This document shows positions 1 through 13,511 of a stretch of DNA of 64,000 bases, piece after piece. The DNA lies in the NCBI GenBank assembly GCA_047495785.1, contig JBLDXI010000013.1, positions 3,534,001 to 3,598,000 on the forward strand, in the 5' to 3' direction. This DNA comes from Lepidodermella squamata. Lineage: Eukaryota > Animalia > Gastrotricha. The notes beneath the pieces were generated by a model. The model ran no database searches, was not told the DNA's origin, and was given only the letters and a program-made list of their open reading frames with translations. Position numbers and translations under genes: made by a program. Position 1 is the stretch's first letter. Every line of letters begins with the position of its first letter.

Positions 1-513
1 TGTTTTAGCTACATTGTGTATTGGATCATCAGCAAGGTGCTGCGTAACGACAGTTTCAATCTTGGCGCCTAAGACTTATGATATCGGAAATTCATCTATG
101 GTTTCAAAATCGATATGATTTGAAATCTGAAGGCTTAATTATATCACTTAAACTGACAGCCGATAGCGCAAGATGTTCTTAATAGAGAGACCTATCGGTT
201 AGACGTAAAGCTGAGTGTGCAAGTGCTGGGGCCTCAAATTTAGGGCGTGACCTCGGCACACCGCCTGTTGTTTGTCTTCGTTCTATCTCTTTTTCACCAC
301 TGTTTGCCCCACTGAATCTGAATATTTATGTCACCACTTAAAAAACTATCGATTATAATTAGTAATTAGCATTATTCTTTCGAGATGTGTTACAACTAAT
401 GAGTATTTAGGTTTTTTTTCTCCGAAACAGTCAAACAGCTACCAGCAGTTGAATTCGGTGTAAATAAAACGAATGTCTTCGACTGAGAGGAACCAACAAT
501 GGTATTCTAAACA

Positions 514-1549
514 ACAATTGTGTACTTAAACAACTCGGTATCTAGCAAATTTGATATTCCATCTGGAGTGCCACAGGGCTCCGTCCTTGGACCCTTGCTG
601 TTCGTTGTGTACTTGCTATTCACTGATGACTGTATAAGGACTTCTTTAACTAAGTACTTCGCCGACGACACTAAGATCTATAATAAGATATCTTGTGTGG
701 AAGATTGTCACAGTCTTCAAGCTGATTTGAACAATATCATCGAATGGTTTGCCGACAATGGGCTTAACATTAATAGCCAAAAATGTTTTGTTCTCCGCCT
801 CAACGGCAAGAAATCTGCTGAAGTTGCTAATTTCAAGTACTCAATAAATGGTCACGAGATCGAGTTTGTTAAATCGATCCGAGACCTCGGAATTGAGGTA
901 GACGAGAATCTAAATTTTAAATCGCACTGCTCTAAAATTATTGCCAAGTGCAACAGGATTTCGGGATTCATTTTGCGAACTTTCAAATCGAATAGTCTAC
1001 GACTTAAGGCTTTTAATGTCTATGTAATGCCACACCTCGACTATGCTTCCACTGTGTATTCTCCATATCTGCTAACAGTAATCAGTCGGCTCGAATCAGT
1101 TCTGCATAATTTCCTGAAAAGGATGACAGGTTACAGGGTGACTGACTACAAAGTCCTACTCCAAATGTTTAGCATGAAAACTCTCGAAAATAGACGTTGT
1201 CAACGTGACTTGATACTAATGTTTAAATTATATCGTGGTTTTGTTGATGTTGATTTTGGTTTATTTTTTAACAAATCCAGCAACAAATATGCTGACACGC
1301 ACAGGCTCTCATTGCCTATGTGCCACAGAGACTGCTTTAAGTTCTCTTTTCTTAGAAGGTATGTAATATTATGGAACAAGCTGCCTTTAGACATTGTTAA
1401 TGGCTCTTTAGCTAATTTTAAATTGTTTGTTGATAATTTGGATAATACGAAGTTTTTGATATCTACAGTGAGGCGCCTTTGATTGCTAATAATCCTTGAG
1501 ATTGATTGCAAGCCGGTATAAAATAAATAAAAATAAAATAAAATAAACA
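514..1549 (+). mobile_element. 5'-truncated CR1/L2-type non-LTR retrotransposon (RT C-terminal half, 3' UTR, (TAAAA)n tail)
   Basis: ORF 520-1482 has SGVPQGSVLGP, YFADD, RDLG and R..ILWN.LP motifs; (TAAAA)n tail at about 1518-1547; possible TAAACA duplication at 508-513 and 1544-1549. Confidence 0.9.
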
Positions 1550-2016
1550 TTGCCGTTAACAAGTGAAAAGAAGAGCTTGGCTAAATTTTTGACATCGTGA
1601 GATTTTGATACCCCTTTCAAGGTCAATGAACGAGGAGTCTGAATGAAAAACGAAAAAGGTTGATAGTCATCAGGGTTGCTGGGAAAACGGGCTTCAAATT
1701 TTACGCGTGAAAATGACTAATTTCGAAAAATGCGCGCCTAAAAAATTAGTCATTTATTGCATCAGTTAATAATTCGTCGGTCAATTAATTCTGATTTCAT
1801 TTTTTTATTCACTGTCGAGTTTTTTGGGGTAATCTGAGGTGAGGAATCTTGCTAGATATTAAAAAAATTTGGCGGAATCAAGCTATGGTTTCCACGTAAA
1901 CCTAAATCGATAGGCCTTTTTGGCGACACTTTTGTCGGATAGAAGTCTTTGTGTGAAATTATCGATTAAATAACGTATGCACCAATGTGATCACACCAGC
2001 AATCGCACCAAGAAAC

Positions 2017-2050
2017 CAGTCTCGCACGTCTAGCTCATCAGCTGACGTGG
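2017..2050 (+). promoter_or_regulatory. Conserved 34-bp upstream element of the PAN-FReD genes (second copy 8571-8604)
   Basis: CAGTCTCGCACGTCTAGCTCATCAGCTGACGTGG is identical about 70-90 bp upstream of both ATGs while the flanks diverge; contains E-box CAGCTG and CRE-like TGACGT. Confidence 0.55.
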
Positions 2051-2118
2051 GTAGCCGCCGGAAAAATTTAGGTAATACAACCAACTGCGAATCATCCGAT
2101 CAGTTCTCATCCGAAAAA

Positions 2119-5100
2119 ATGATTTTCAGTTTGAGCGGCTTAATAGCTGGGATAAGCTTCTCAACCGGGTTTCTTGGCCTCACGCTGGGCTATGATGACT
2201 TCTTTTCTCCGAAAAATTGCGGCAAAGACTATCGGCTGATAGCTGCTGACTCTTTCAGGCAAATCAGCAAGACTGACATCCGATCATGTGCTGACGCGTG
2301 TAATCAAACAGCATACCAAATGTGCCGATCGTTCTCGTTCTACCCGGCCGGGTCGACGTGCTGGCTGAACTACGGTCATACAAACGAACTGTGGGATGGC
2401 CTTGAGTACCAGAAAGGGTGGTTCTACTACCATAAAGCAAGTTCAGGTTTATTAGCACATTTGCTTGACACCTACCCAGAGCTGAATACTGAAAACTCCT
2501 ACCAGCCCTAGAATTTCTGAAAAAAGTGAAACTCGTGTGCATGAATAACAGAAACTTCATATTGAGCGCCAGTTTTTTCTGTGCATCAAATGCATTACGC
2601 CATTCGCTTCTATTTTATATAGATACTATTAATATTGACAGCAACATTCATGTTTTCATATTTTTTAATAATTCAGCTAATTTGTTAACAACACTTTCAG
2701 TTTTTCTTCAAAGACTACACAGGAGGACTCGAGAGATAGATCACGAGAGATTGTTCCACCAGGCTACCACTCGAAACGCAAAAGATTCGCGGAATGCAGC
2801 CAAGGGGTAGCCAGGACGAAGTAGCTTATTATTAGCATTATAACGAGTATTTCTGTTAAATGGAAAAGAAATCTGGATCAGATAGGAAATTTTTCTGAAA
2901 AATAATCTGGTGCGCCATGAAAACATCTCGGAACTTGTCGCCTGTCAAATAGGGAGGTGAGTCTATAAAACGAGAAAGCCGCGCATGGTAATCAAGCGGG
3001 AATTAAGGAGGGCGAATTGGGCGATACGAAACATATTTTAGGATTTTTTCAATTAGGTTATTGTCTTAGGTGACCAAACTGTTGAGCAGTATAAATACGT
3101 ATAGGAGTAGCATAAGTATTGAAGGCTTTGATATGAGTGGAAGAGACAGATGATGTTATGAAAAGAGTGAAGAATTAAGCCACATAAATTATATTACGAG
3201 CTTTGCCAGCTAAACATCAACAGTGAATGAAAAGGTAAGATTTTTATCGATCATTACCTAAGGTCAGTAACTTCTTCGACTGATGAGATTTCTAGACCGT
3301 TTAAGAAACTTGGCGTTGAGGTATCTTCTGCCAACTTCAGATGTATGTTGTACGAATTCCATATTGGAAATTGTATGGAGAATTGTTTTAATTCTTTATT
3401 TTATTCTCATATTTATGTTATGAGTACTGCCAGACTATTCAGAAGTCGTCCTTGGCCCTTGGGGATCAAGTCGCACTACTTCTGTTCACTTTTCAAGGAC
3501 GGCTTGCAAATAACCGTTTATTCCTGTTATTTATGAACATTATTTTTTCTGTTCCTCAGGAAGTTTACCAGGAGCCAACACCATGCAAACCAAATACGTA
3601 TCATGGTCAGTCTAAATTTCGTCAGCCATAATATCCATTGGTCATGGTTTAATTTCAATTTAAAAGATTGCAATACGGTGGTCAGACTGGGTAAAGGACC
3701 TGGAAACTACTCGTTTCAAACTGAAATCGGCAGCAAGGTGTTTAACACCGAATGCACCTATCGAACACCGGATGCGGATTATCACTCAAGAGCGGGGTGT
3801 GATTTTCAAAAATAATTGACCACTACATTGAACTCATGATTTTATAGAAATCCTATCGGGGTTAATGACCGTAAGCGATCTCAATATTTGAAATATAGTT
3901 CAAGAGGATTTATTATTTTTTATGACAGTTGCTATGGTTTTCTTTCGTCGTTTGGGTTGGTATTTGTGACATTTTTCTCTCGTATTATTAAAAATCTCTC
4001 TTATTTAAAAAATTAGCGGTTTACGATTACGACTTCAGCACTAAATTATACTACGAATATAAATGGGGTAACAATTGAGAAAATATTCATATCACCTGAT
4101 GGCATTGACGCTCTATATCGAAAGGCTTCGCATCTAAAACTAACGCCACGAAATGGATTGGTCTTGAAATCGGTAATCAACTTACAACTGGAGGTTTAAA
4201 CGATTTCGCCTAATGTTTTTCGATCGAACATAGATTTTTTCAAACACAGATTTCGCATTGTTCTTAACAACATCGCAAACGTGGTGTGTGGAGCTTTCAT
4301 CCAGCGGTGCCCAGGCTCAACTTGTCATTAAATCGGAAACATCCGCTACCAACTGTGCTGTTTTCACCCACCGCCAGGGTCGTCTGATGCTGGCGACTCG
4401 ATCACTCTGCGTATGCAAAGATCCAAACAGCAATAATCTCATTCTATGCGGCTGCAATACACCAGCGATGGGAAAGGTTTGAAGAGATTCCACTAAATCA
4501 CTGATGGTTTCGCATTTCTATGCTTTAGTATCGTTATGAGAAAAGGGGTGTCATAATGGAAATTTATGACCCTCCGATCAGCGTGGAGCCACTCCGATAT
4601 TGGACTTACAGCGGGACTCTAACAGCTAACATGGCTGTTCAAGCTCTTCCAGCTGCAACCTTGTCAGTGACAGGGTGGTCGAAGATGTATTGTAAGTCTC
4701 TTCTAATTTTCATTGAAGTTAGGTTCATCCACCAACATCTGACAGCTCGTTGGAAAATAGTTTATCAAATTTATGTCGCTTATTATGGAAACTACCAGTC
4801 GCTGACGTTCGACGCGCCGATGGCTTCGGAAGACGAAGGATACAGCATCTGCGAACAGACCTATGGATCGGTATTAGAAATTCAATAATATATCATGATG
4901 ATAGTTATTATCGCCCTTGAAATAGCTGTCGTCATGGCCGAATACATGCGCTACTGTGAATCCTGGTAATATTTACCCCGACCATTACGGCTACGGCGTG
5001 CGATTCAATATAAGGAATGATCTAGGCGGTGGATGGTGGATTGGAAGTAATTTCTTTGACACGTGGCAGTGTTGCTACACGTGTTGGTCGAAGTAATTGC

Positions 5101-5229
5101 CGATCTCTCATTACATGATTGCTTCAGAACCAGTTGTTTTGTAGGCCATATCAGGGTTATTACGTCTGGAACACTCAACCTTATTTGGGCACTGCCGATT
5201 CCAATGTTCTGCTCTATGCAGCGCCTTGA
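2119..5229 (+). CDS. Secreted PAN/apple + degenerate fibrinogen-related domain (FReD) protein, copy 1 (multi-exon)
   Basis: Signal peptide; PAN pattern (CADAC..CRSFSF..STCWLN); spliced exons give MVFFRR..DF..YYEYKWGF..WIGLE and GGGWW..C, matching the FReD consensus; ends LLYAAP* at 5227-5229; intron 1 has a GC donor. Confidence 0.8.
2690..2930 (-). mobile_element. Decayed CR1/L2 LINE 3' fragment in intron 1 of PAN-FReD copy 1
   Basis: Minus-strand translation FRESFAFRVVAWWNNLS resembles the CR1 ORF2 C-terminal F..RVV..WN.L motif. Confidence 0.5.
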
Positions 5230-5641
5230 ATACCGGTAACACGGAGAGCGATTGTCAGTAAATATTGGACTGTTTAATCCTAAATTTTGCACATAATTGC
5301 ATTTGCCAGTTATGCATCATGAGAAATACTCCACCAAAAACCTTCAGAAAGCAGCATAGCACTCATTGATGCCCAAAACCGTAAAGCTTACGGCAGAACC
5401 GACGTGCACGATTTTATTACTTCATCATGATTTTAAATAACACGAATTGATAACTGCGCAGAATCGCATAGAATCGATCTCAAGTAAAATATGATGTCCT
5501 ATGTTAACATCATCGGAAGTACTGAATAGCATTCTGTTCCAGTTCTCCAAGATTAAGGAGTCACTCTAAAAGCCTTTCGCCACCTACTCCAGTCAGCCCA
5601 CCCATCTAGAAAGCGCAAATCATCCGGATGAGCTACTTCTA

Positions 5642-6634
5642 CAGGGTGTTCAAGAAATAATAGCCAGGCTATTTTTAGCGTTGGACTTTAGCCAGACGAC
5701 ACGCGACTTCTCTAAAACTTGAGACGCGAGTCGTAACGGCGTGTTGTTTTTTGTAAAAGCGGGAACTTTTGTTATGAACTTGATTTTTTATTCCCACCTC
5801 AAAACCAAAAATTGAAAAAATAGCATCATCAGAAATCATGGCACATTTAAATTGGTTTCGCGAATCGGAACTGCAAGGTATTCAATTTCGTTGATTACAA
5901 TAGCCAAGTTGATGAAAAATGATAGGTGAAATATGGACCAACAGTTTCCGGCTGGAAATTTTAAGATTAATCAACCAATTTGTAGTATTTTTGTTTTTGA
6001 TTAATTATTCAAAGTAACGCGTCTTACTGTAGTTACTGTAGTTACTCAACTTACTGTACTTACTAATGTTGGGTTTTTGCACCTTTCTGCTTTATATATT
6101 GGCGGAGAAGTAACAGCTTGCTATCGGCGGGAAAAAAGTAATCGCCTTAAATCACTTTTAGGAAAGAACGCTATGCGAATTGTTTTCCTGAATCACGTTT
6201 ATTTTCATTAACTTTTAATTGAAACATTCATCGTCGCCGAGTTACTTCGAAAGCGGTTATTGAAAATCAGACGCAAAAATTGAGCCAGACGCAAAAAATT
6301 GAGTATGCGCGAAAATGTTTTTCTCTCACACTGGTTTTCATGGTGACAATTGGTCCCGAATGTCATTGGGAAAGTAAAGGTATCAAGCTGAGAGCCGAGT
6401 AAAATAGCAAAGCACCAAATGAAAGTTGGATTTGAAAAACCGAATTGAGAGATATTTTTTTCATTTTTTCTATTTTCCGTCTATTTCGACACGCGATACT
6501 GAAACCTGAAGTGGGTGGGTTGAGCTGGGCTAGATGGTTCAGGGTTCAGGGTCCAGCTTGACAACTAGCTCGCGTGTCGTCTGGCTAAAGTCCAGCGCTA
6601 AAAATAGCCTGGCTATTATTTCTTGAACACCCTG
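5642..6634. mobile_element. Non-autonomous Tc1/mariner-type element (MITE)
   Basis: About 65-bp near-perfect TIR starting CAGGGTGTTCAAGAAATAATAGCCAGG; TA on both sides; no ORF. Confidence 0.9.
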
Positions 6635-7050
6635 TACAACATCATGAAGAGTAACTTGACTATTGCGTCTCAGACAATCGACCTGCTCTTTTCAAGCATT
6701 TTCAAGCCAGCGTACTATTGGCTCTCGGCCTTTGAGATAAGATAGTTGAGCCGCAAGACGGATCTCGAGTAAGATGTTAGGTTGCCGAATGCTAAACAAG
6801 TTTGCTTGATAGAAATATAGGTTAATTTCAATACAAATAGTTACTCATCCACCTAAGACTTTATTATATCACATATCACTTGCCAAGCGGTTCCATGTTT
6901 ATTTTATAAGCTCACGTATTTCAGATAAAATTTCAGATATTCAGCGAATTTCAGATAAAATCAGCTGTAAAAACGAAGAGCTTGTCAGATACGGTCATTC
7001 GTCTGAAAAGAGAGTTCATTCAGTTCCTGGTTCGTGTCACATATTTCAAA

Positions 7051-7990
7051 ATGCTTCGTTCATTGTGCTTCCTGGCAGTTTTTTAGAGTGTGCTATTCGC
7101 TCTAAGTTCAGCCGGAGTTGTGTCCGACTGTTACAACCATAAGGCTGAACTGTTCGAATCCTGGGACAACCAAGCCCTCAGCGCCGAAACTTGCCAATGA
7201 AACTTCTTCGGTGTCTGCCAACTGTGTCTATTCCAGAGAAACCTGCACTTTGAACGGAGGAAAGCCGTCGAAAGGGGGCAGCTACGTCCCCGGCCAAAAT
7301 CAAACCCTAGAGAATCCACTAGGTTGTTTCAAAGGCGTGCTTAATTGCATGGGCCTTTCTTTGAATTCAACCCAAATATACGGATACTGCATGCAGCCTA
7401 GTTACTGCACCAGAGGGACAGTTATCCCCTCCGGGGACTTCCCTTGCGAAGCGGGAATGACATGTTGCGTCGACGATTCAACGTATTACGAAAAAGAATA
7501 CGTACCCTGCATCGACGGGTACGATTTCATGTTCGATAAATTGATCATTCACGCCGATGTGTTCAATATAACCGCCAATCGGTTGAAAAACTTCCTGCCC
7601 TACTTTGGCCAGGTGTATACTACCGTGAAAATGAAAAATATATGAATTATTTTGGTAACCAGTTTGAACTTGCTAATTTAATGGCGGCTTTTTGCCTTTG
7701 ATCAAGCTTTGACTTTTGACACGATCATCGCAACGCAGAAGGCGCAGCCCAACACGCAGTATTTGATTGAGGACCTGATGGCGATTACGAGTGGGGCGTT
7801 ATAACACCTCGGGTTTTCGCCCGTTTCATGGATAGAATTTGTCTTTCGCCGGCTGGAATCATGGGTGGGTCTTGCGAGAACCCCTACTAAAACGTTACAT
7901 TTTTTTTACAGGTCCGATTCCAAAGTAGCAATGACATCCCTGAATTTGACAAGCCATTTGGATAATACGACACAAAATTTTCTGAATATA
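7051..7990 (+). pseudogene. Probable pseudogene of a secreted Cys-rich protein
   Basis: ATG 7051 signal peptide MLRSLCFLAVF*SVLFALSSAG contains TAG; a frameshift is needed to join Cys-rich ORF 7118-7645; a second frameshift occurs in the next exon (about 7690). Confidence 0.6.
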
Positions 7991-8696
7991 TTAGTCATCA
8001 AGAGGACAAGATTAATATAGCCATTTTTTTAAAGATTTCTGGAAAATTCGGTTCCCTAATTTCGGCCAAGAGTCTAGGTGACTTCAAAATTAGCCATAAA
8101 TCAAGGTAAAATCGTCCGGAAACCGGCTTTCGATAGCCTAAGATGTCCTCTATAATTCTGTGTTTGCCGAATATTTTCTGAAAATTCAGCTGGCTGGCAA
8201 AGTAGGGAAAACCAAAAAAGTGGCCGAATTTAGTCGGGATGCTCTTCATTTGTCAAAATATGTATTGCGGATGGCTGGATCCGTAACTTTGAGCATAACA
8301 TTTTTATTTGTCTGCATTCAACAGGGCAGGGAGTCTGAACTGAGTTTGGGGGTCAAAGGTTTAGGTCCGAATACGTATTTCTATTATATAGGGAAATTCA
8401 TAGATTTCATACTCGAAAATGGATTTACTATTCGAAATCATAAATATTTCCGAGTATGGACTCGATCTAAAACTGGACAATTTCTCCGTGCACGAACTTC
8501 CCCAACATTTCCTCCAGTTTTTTGTTAAACTTACGATTGCTCCATGACACCAATAATCGAATCAATAAATCAGTCTCGCACGTCTAGCTCATCAGCTGAC
8601 GTGGCTAGTCACGCGGGAAGAACGCATGGACATTGAACGTGTAATACAACCAGATAAAAGCTGCGAAATTCAGAAAATTTGTAGTTCAAAGTAAAA

Positions 8697-11199
8697 ATGA
8701 TTTTCCGTTCGAGCGCTATTATATCTTGGTTAGGCTTCTCGATCGGGTTTCTTGGCCTCACGTTGGGCTATGATGACTTCTTTTCGCCGAAAAATTGCGG
8801 CAAAGACTATCGACTGGTAGCCGCTGACTCATTCAGGCAAATCAGCAACACTGACATCAGATCATGTGCCGACGCGTGTCATCAGACCCCATACCAAATG
8901 TGCCGATCGTTCTCGTACTACCCGGCCGGGTCGACGTGCTGGCTGAACTACGGCCATACAAACGAACTGTGGGATGGCTTGGAGTACCAGAAAGGGTGGT
9001 TCTACTACCATAAAGCAAGTTCAGGTTTTTTCCTAAAGTGCCATTCATTGAGCCGATAAAATGTGATTCCTGCGCGAAAAAAATAAAGGATGATGTTCAC
9101 TCATCGCAACTTGAACTTTGCGCATGGGTTTCAGCTCAAAACTGGCTCAAAAATCCCATCAACTTGTTCATAATACATGATCATGATCATGATAACTTGA
9201 TACATCTGTACTTTTGTCCTAGGCCGACCTATTTTTCCTATTTATTAAAATTTTAATTAAAAATATTAAAATATTTAGGGAAAATCTTACGCCGGTACCA
9301 AATTTCATTTAATTCCATACCTAACATTTTATTCGTTATTTAACCGTTTAGGGTTAGGGTTAGGGTCAGAGTTGGGTTTGGATTAGGTTTGGGTTAGGTT
9401 TGGGTTGAGCTGGGGGCCTTGAAATTGGGGATTCGGAACTGATTGGAATAAATTGGAACTGAATTCAATAATTTAGTGATGATTTCACTATATCCCAAAT
9501 ATTTATTACAATTTTATTTTCCTATACCTTAGGAAGTTTATCAAGAGCCAACGCCATGCAAAGCAAATACGTATCACGGTTAGCCTGAATATCTCCATTC
9601 ATGTCCCTTGTTTTTATTTTTATTTTATCAAAAGACTGCAGCACTGTGGTCAGGCTAGGTAAAGGACCTGGAAAATACTCGTTTCAAACTGAAATCGGCA
9701 GCAAGGTGTTCAACACCGCATGCGCCTATCGAGCACCGGATGCGTCTTATTATTCAAGAGCAGGGTAAAATTATCAAAAATATTCGTTAAATTAACCCCC
9801 TATTAAACTGTAAAATTTCCTAGAAACCCCATCGGTGCCAATGACCGTAAGCGATCCCAATATATTCTAAAAAAAATAATTGAACATGTGATTTTGATTA
9901 CGACAGTTGCTATGGTCTTCTTTCGTCGTTTGGGTTGGTATTTGTGACATTTTTCTCTCGTATTATTAAAAATCTCTCTTATTTAAAAAATTAGCGGTTT
10001 ACGATTACGACTTCAGCGCTAAATTATACTACGAATACAAATGGGGTATTGATTTAGAAGACAAAATCCTATCACCTTATAGTATGAAACCTTTATCGAT
10101 AGGTTTCGCATCTACGGTTAACGCGACAAAATGGATTGGCCTTGAAATCGGCAGTCAGCTTACAGCTGGAGGTTTTTACAATATCGCCTAATATTTATGA
10201 ATTGCTAAAAAAAATTAAACACAGATTTTGCGTTGGTCCTAACTACATCGCAAACGTGGTGTGTACAGCTGTCATCCGGCGGCGCCCAGGCTCAACTTGT
10301 CCTGAAATCAGAAACAAATGTAACCAACTGTGCTGTTTTCACCCACCGCCAGGGTCGCCTGATCTTGGCAACTCGATCGATATGTGTATGCAAAGATCCC
10401 AACAGCAACAATCTCATTCTCTGTGGTTGCAATACACCAGCAATGGGAAAGGTTTGAAGAACTGTTACTTACTTCCTGAAGGTTTCGCATTTCTATGTTT
10501 CAGTATCGGTATGAGAAAAGGGGCGTCATAATGGAAATTTACGACCCTCCGACTAGCATGGAGCCATTGCGATATTGGACCTACAGCGGGATTTTAACTG
10601 CTAACATGGCTGTTCAAGCTCTCCCTGCTGCAACCTTGTCAGTAACAGGATGGTCGAAGATGTATCGTAAGTCTATTCGAAAGGGCTATCAACTTTGGTT
10701 CATCCACCGATTTGCTATAGCTCGATGGAAAATAGTTTTCCAAATTTTCTTGGGGAGTTACGCCAAATATTATTCGCTGACGTTCAACTCTCCGATGATT
10801 TCCGAAGACGAGGGATACAAAATCTGCGAACAGACCTATGGATCGGTATTATAGAAATTTAATAATTTATCGTGATAGGTATTGTCGTACTTGAAATAGC
10901 TGTCATCATGGCCGAATACATGCGCTAACGTGAGTGATATCAACTACGACAAGTACGGCTACGGCGCGCGATTTCAGATGAGGACCGATGATCTTGGTGG
11001 TGCTTGGTGGATTGGTAATTATTTCTGGGACGGCTGGCAAGGCTGCTACACGTGTCGGCAGGCGTAAGTGCAGATCTCTCATGGTGATAATTACTTCAAA
11101 AGTTTTTTTTGCAGGCCATATAAGGAATATTACGTCTGGAGCTCTGAACCCAAGATTGGCACCGCTGATTCCAATATTCTGCTCTATGCTGCGCCTTGA
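8697..11199 (+). CDS. Secreted PAN/apple + degenerate FReD protein, copy 2
   Basis: Same exon structure and highly similar protein to 2119-5229; ends ILLYAAP* at 11197-11199. Confidence 0.8.
9278..9496. mobile_element. Small element carrying TTAGGG-type repeats, copy 1 (intronic)
   Basis: GGGA...TCCC ends, 9-bp TSD AAATATTTA, central TTAGGG and variant tract; homologous to 29295-29548. Confidence 0.8.
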
Positions 11200-11823
11200 A
11201 TGCCGCGAAGTTACATCTGGCAGTAAAATATTGGAGCAAATCTGAAACACGACACGCACTGTTTATTATATACCTTTGAATTGAACCCAAACAACTATGC
11301 CAAACAATTAGTCTGATAAAAGAAGACAACAAGTCTGATGGAAAAGTTGTTTTCTTCGGTCTATACAGTCATCTATGCTGAAACGTTAGCTGCATAACCT
11401 GAGAAAACCTGAGTTGTATCCAAGTATTTTTTGCGAAAAATAATATGCGAATAATAGTGATAAAAAATCCCTTCAAAATGTCGCGTGTTGTTCGCGCTGC
11501 CGACACATCAGTTTTTAGGCACGATATTCTTCAACATTATTTGCAAAGAAAAAAGAAAAAAGAAAATTTCTTTTATTAGGCGTTAGTTCAATAGTAACAT
11601 AATAATTATTGAATTTTCGCATTGCTTTGGAAATCGGCACGGCATGATTAGGCAAGCCTAACTTAAAGGCATGGCCGCGGGCATTAGCCATCAATTTAAA
11701 AAAGTATTTAATAACCCTATAAAAAGTGCGAAATAATCAGCATGAGTGAAAATGAAAAAATGTTTATTGGCACATCGGCGATTCATCGCATTACATCGTC
11801 GCACTCCATAGCAAGTCGTAGCC

Positions 11824-12081
11824 TCATCCGATTTTCGCTTTCTTTGATCCCTTGACTTTCAACTTGACGTCTATATCATCTAACCCGCCGATATTGTTAG
11901 CATTACTGTTTAATGCACTGTTAATTGCAAGGCTGACAACTCCAAGCTTCTTCTTCCCTGACATGCCGTCGACGAAATCTTGAACGTCTTCGTTGGTGAA
12001 GTAAACCACAATCAGAGTAACGGCAACAGTCAAAACTATGAGAAATATAACGCCATAGCAGATAACCCCGCAACAGTTCAT
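11824..12081 (-). CDS. 85-aa single-pass membrane microprotein ending KKAKIG
   Basis: MNCCGVIC.. hydrophobic helix, polar tail; acceptor-like TTTCTAG just upstream of the ATG; paralog at 14467-14688. Confidence 0.65.
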   Translation of the reverse strand: MNCCGVICYGVIFLIVLTVAVTLIVVYFTNEDVQDFVDGMSGKKKLGVVSLAINSALNSNANNIGGLDDIDVKLKVKGSKKAKIG

Positions 12082-12328
12082 TCTCGATAATAAATGCCTA
12101 GAAATAAATATATTTTTAAATAGATTGCGCTTCACTACATATATGTAAGAAGAATTCTCATCCCAAATTGCCTATCGGTCAATTTCCACGAAAAATAGGG
12201 TGAAGATCTCCAACCTCCAGCTGGGCGTTCGCATCGAATCGGAATTTTCGGCCGGTGATTAGCTTTTAGTAGAAAAGTTATATAAAACTGATATGCCTGC
12301 AACTACTGTAATTTTGGTATCCTATATA

Positions 12329-13455
12329 CAGTAGATCCGGCACGCTGGTACAGTTCAGCGTGCCAAGCGCCAAGATGAATCACTATCTGAATCATGACTT
12401 TTTGCGTTTTGGTCGCGCGACCGAAGAAATCCATGTTGACGGGCCCAATAGGACTACTGCGATTTTTGGCTGAAAACATCGCGAACGCGAAAATGAGTCA
12501 TAATTATTATCGCGTTCGATTTATCATTTTGTTTTGATGCAGACGTCGCGCTTATGGTCGGGTTTAATTATAAAATATTCGTGTTTTGAGGCTCAAGCAA
12601 AAAAAAACACCTGAAAAAAACACTTCTGGTAAGGAGTGGTCGTAGATGTTTCTATCGGAACAATGTTTTTATTCCGCGGAAGAACATACCGCCTACCGTC
12701 GGAATTTATCGGAATAATAAAAATATCTCTTTCTTTACTTATTATACACTCTCAATACCTTTTTCCTCGACTAATGTCTTTTCGATGACGGAAAGATGGA
12801 CCATGCCTCTTGCCACCACGAACAGCAGGAGCCCAGCTTTCACTGACTTTCACCCTTCGCCCCCATCACTAAACCCATATTTTCAACCCCTAGATGATGA
12901 AAAAATATTTTTGCAAATACTAGCTAAGTTGATGTTTGAAATTTCTCTATGAGTAAACAGGTTGACAGCAAGGAAATGTTGCCAAAAAGCTTTATGAGCA
13001 GAAGAACATTTCCAGTGTTTGAATATACCAGTTTCCCAAGTTTCTTCAAATTAAATTAAATAGAAAACAGATTTGACAGTGGCATTTCAAATATTCTAAA
13101 ATTTTACTAATATGGCCTTATTGGCCAGGCTTAACTAGGCTGGCTGAAGCCATTGCTGTAGCGTTACCGCTTCACAATTGCTTCGATTGCTTCACAGTTC
13201 CGACAGAAAAAAATGCTTTCCAATAAATTCGACAATTTTCCGCTGTAAAATGTCTTTCGGATAATTGTAGATATTTTGTTCCGTGAGCGAGAGACATTAT
13301 TCCGATAGAAAGATAAAAAGAAGGAGTGATCAAATAAAAATGTTGTCTATTTAGAAATTGAAAAATCTCAAATAGCGTGTTCTCCGATTTTGCTGAAATA
13401 ATTGATAGAGACTGGCATCTGGCATTACATCCAGCTTCATAGAGCCGGCAAATTT
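12329..13455. mobile_element. Truncated copy of the CAGTAGATC-TIR MITE with an internal inverted-repeat insertion (about 12646-13314)
   Basis: Aligns to 14951-15400 at both ends; right TIR absent; internal TTTCTATCGGAA...TTCCGATAGAAA inverted repeat. Confidence 0.55.
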
Positions 13456-13511
13456 GCTAGTTACAAGGAAAAATTGCAATATATTTCGAATAATAAAACC
13501 CACGGGTAATA

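Noticed and set aside
520-1482. Retron, DGR or domesticated RT gene
   Set aside because: Lacks the N-terminal RT motifs and an ATG start, and ends in a simple-repeat tail: an ordinary truncated LINE.
7084-7086. Stop-codon readthrough or variant genetic code
   Set aside because: Accompanied by frameshifts, and TAG serves as a normal stop elsewhere (channel gene, 35312).
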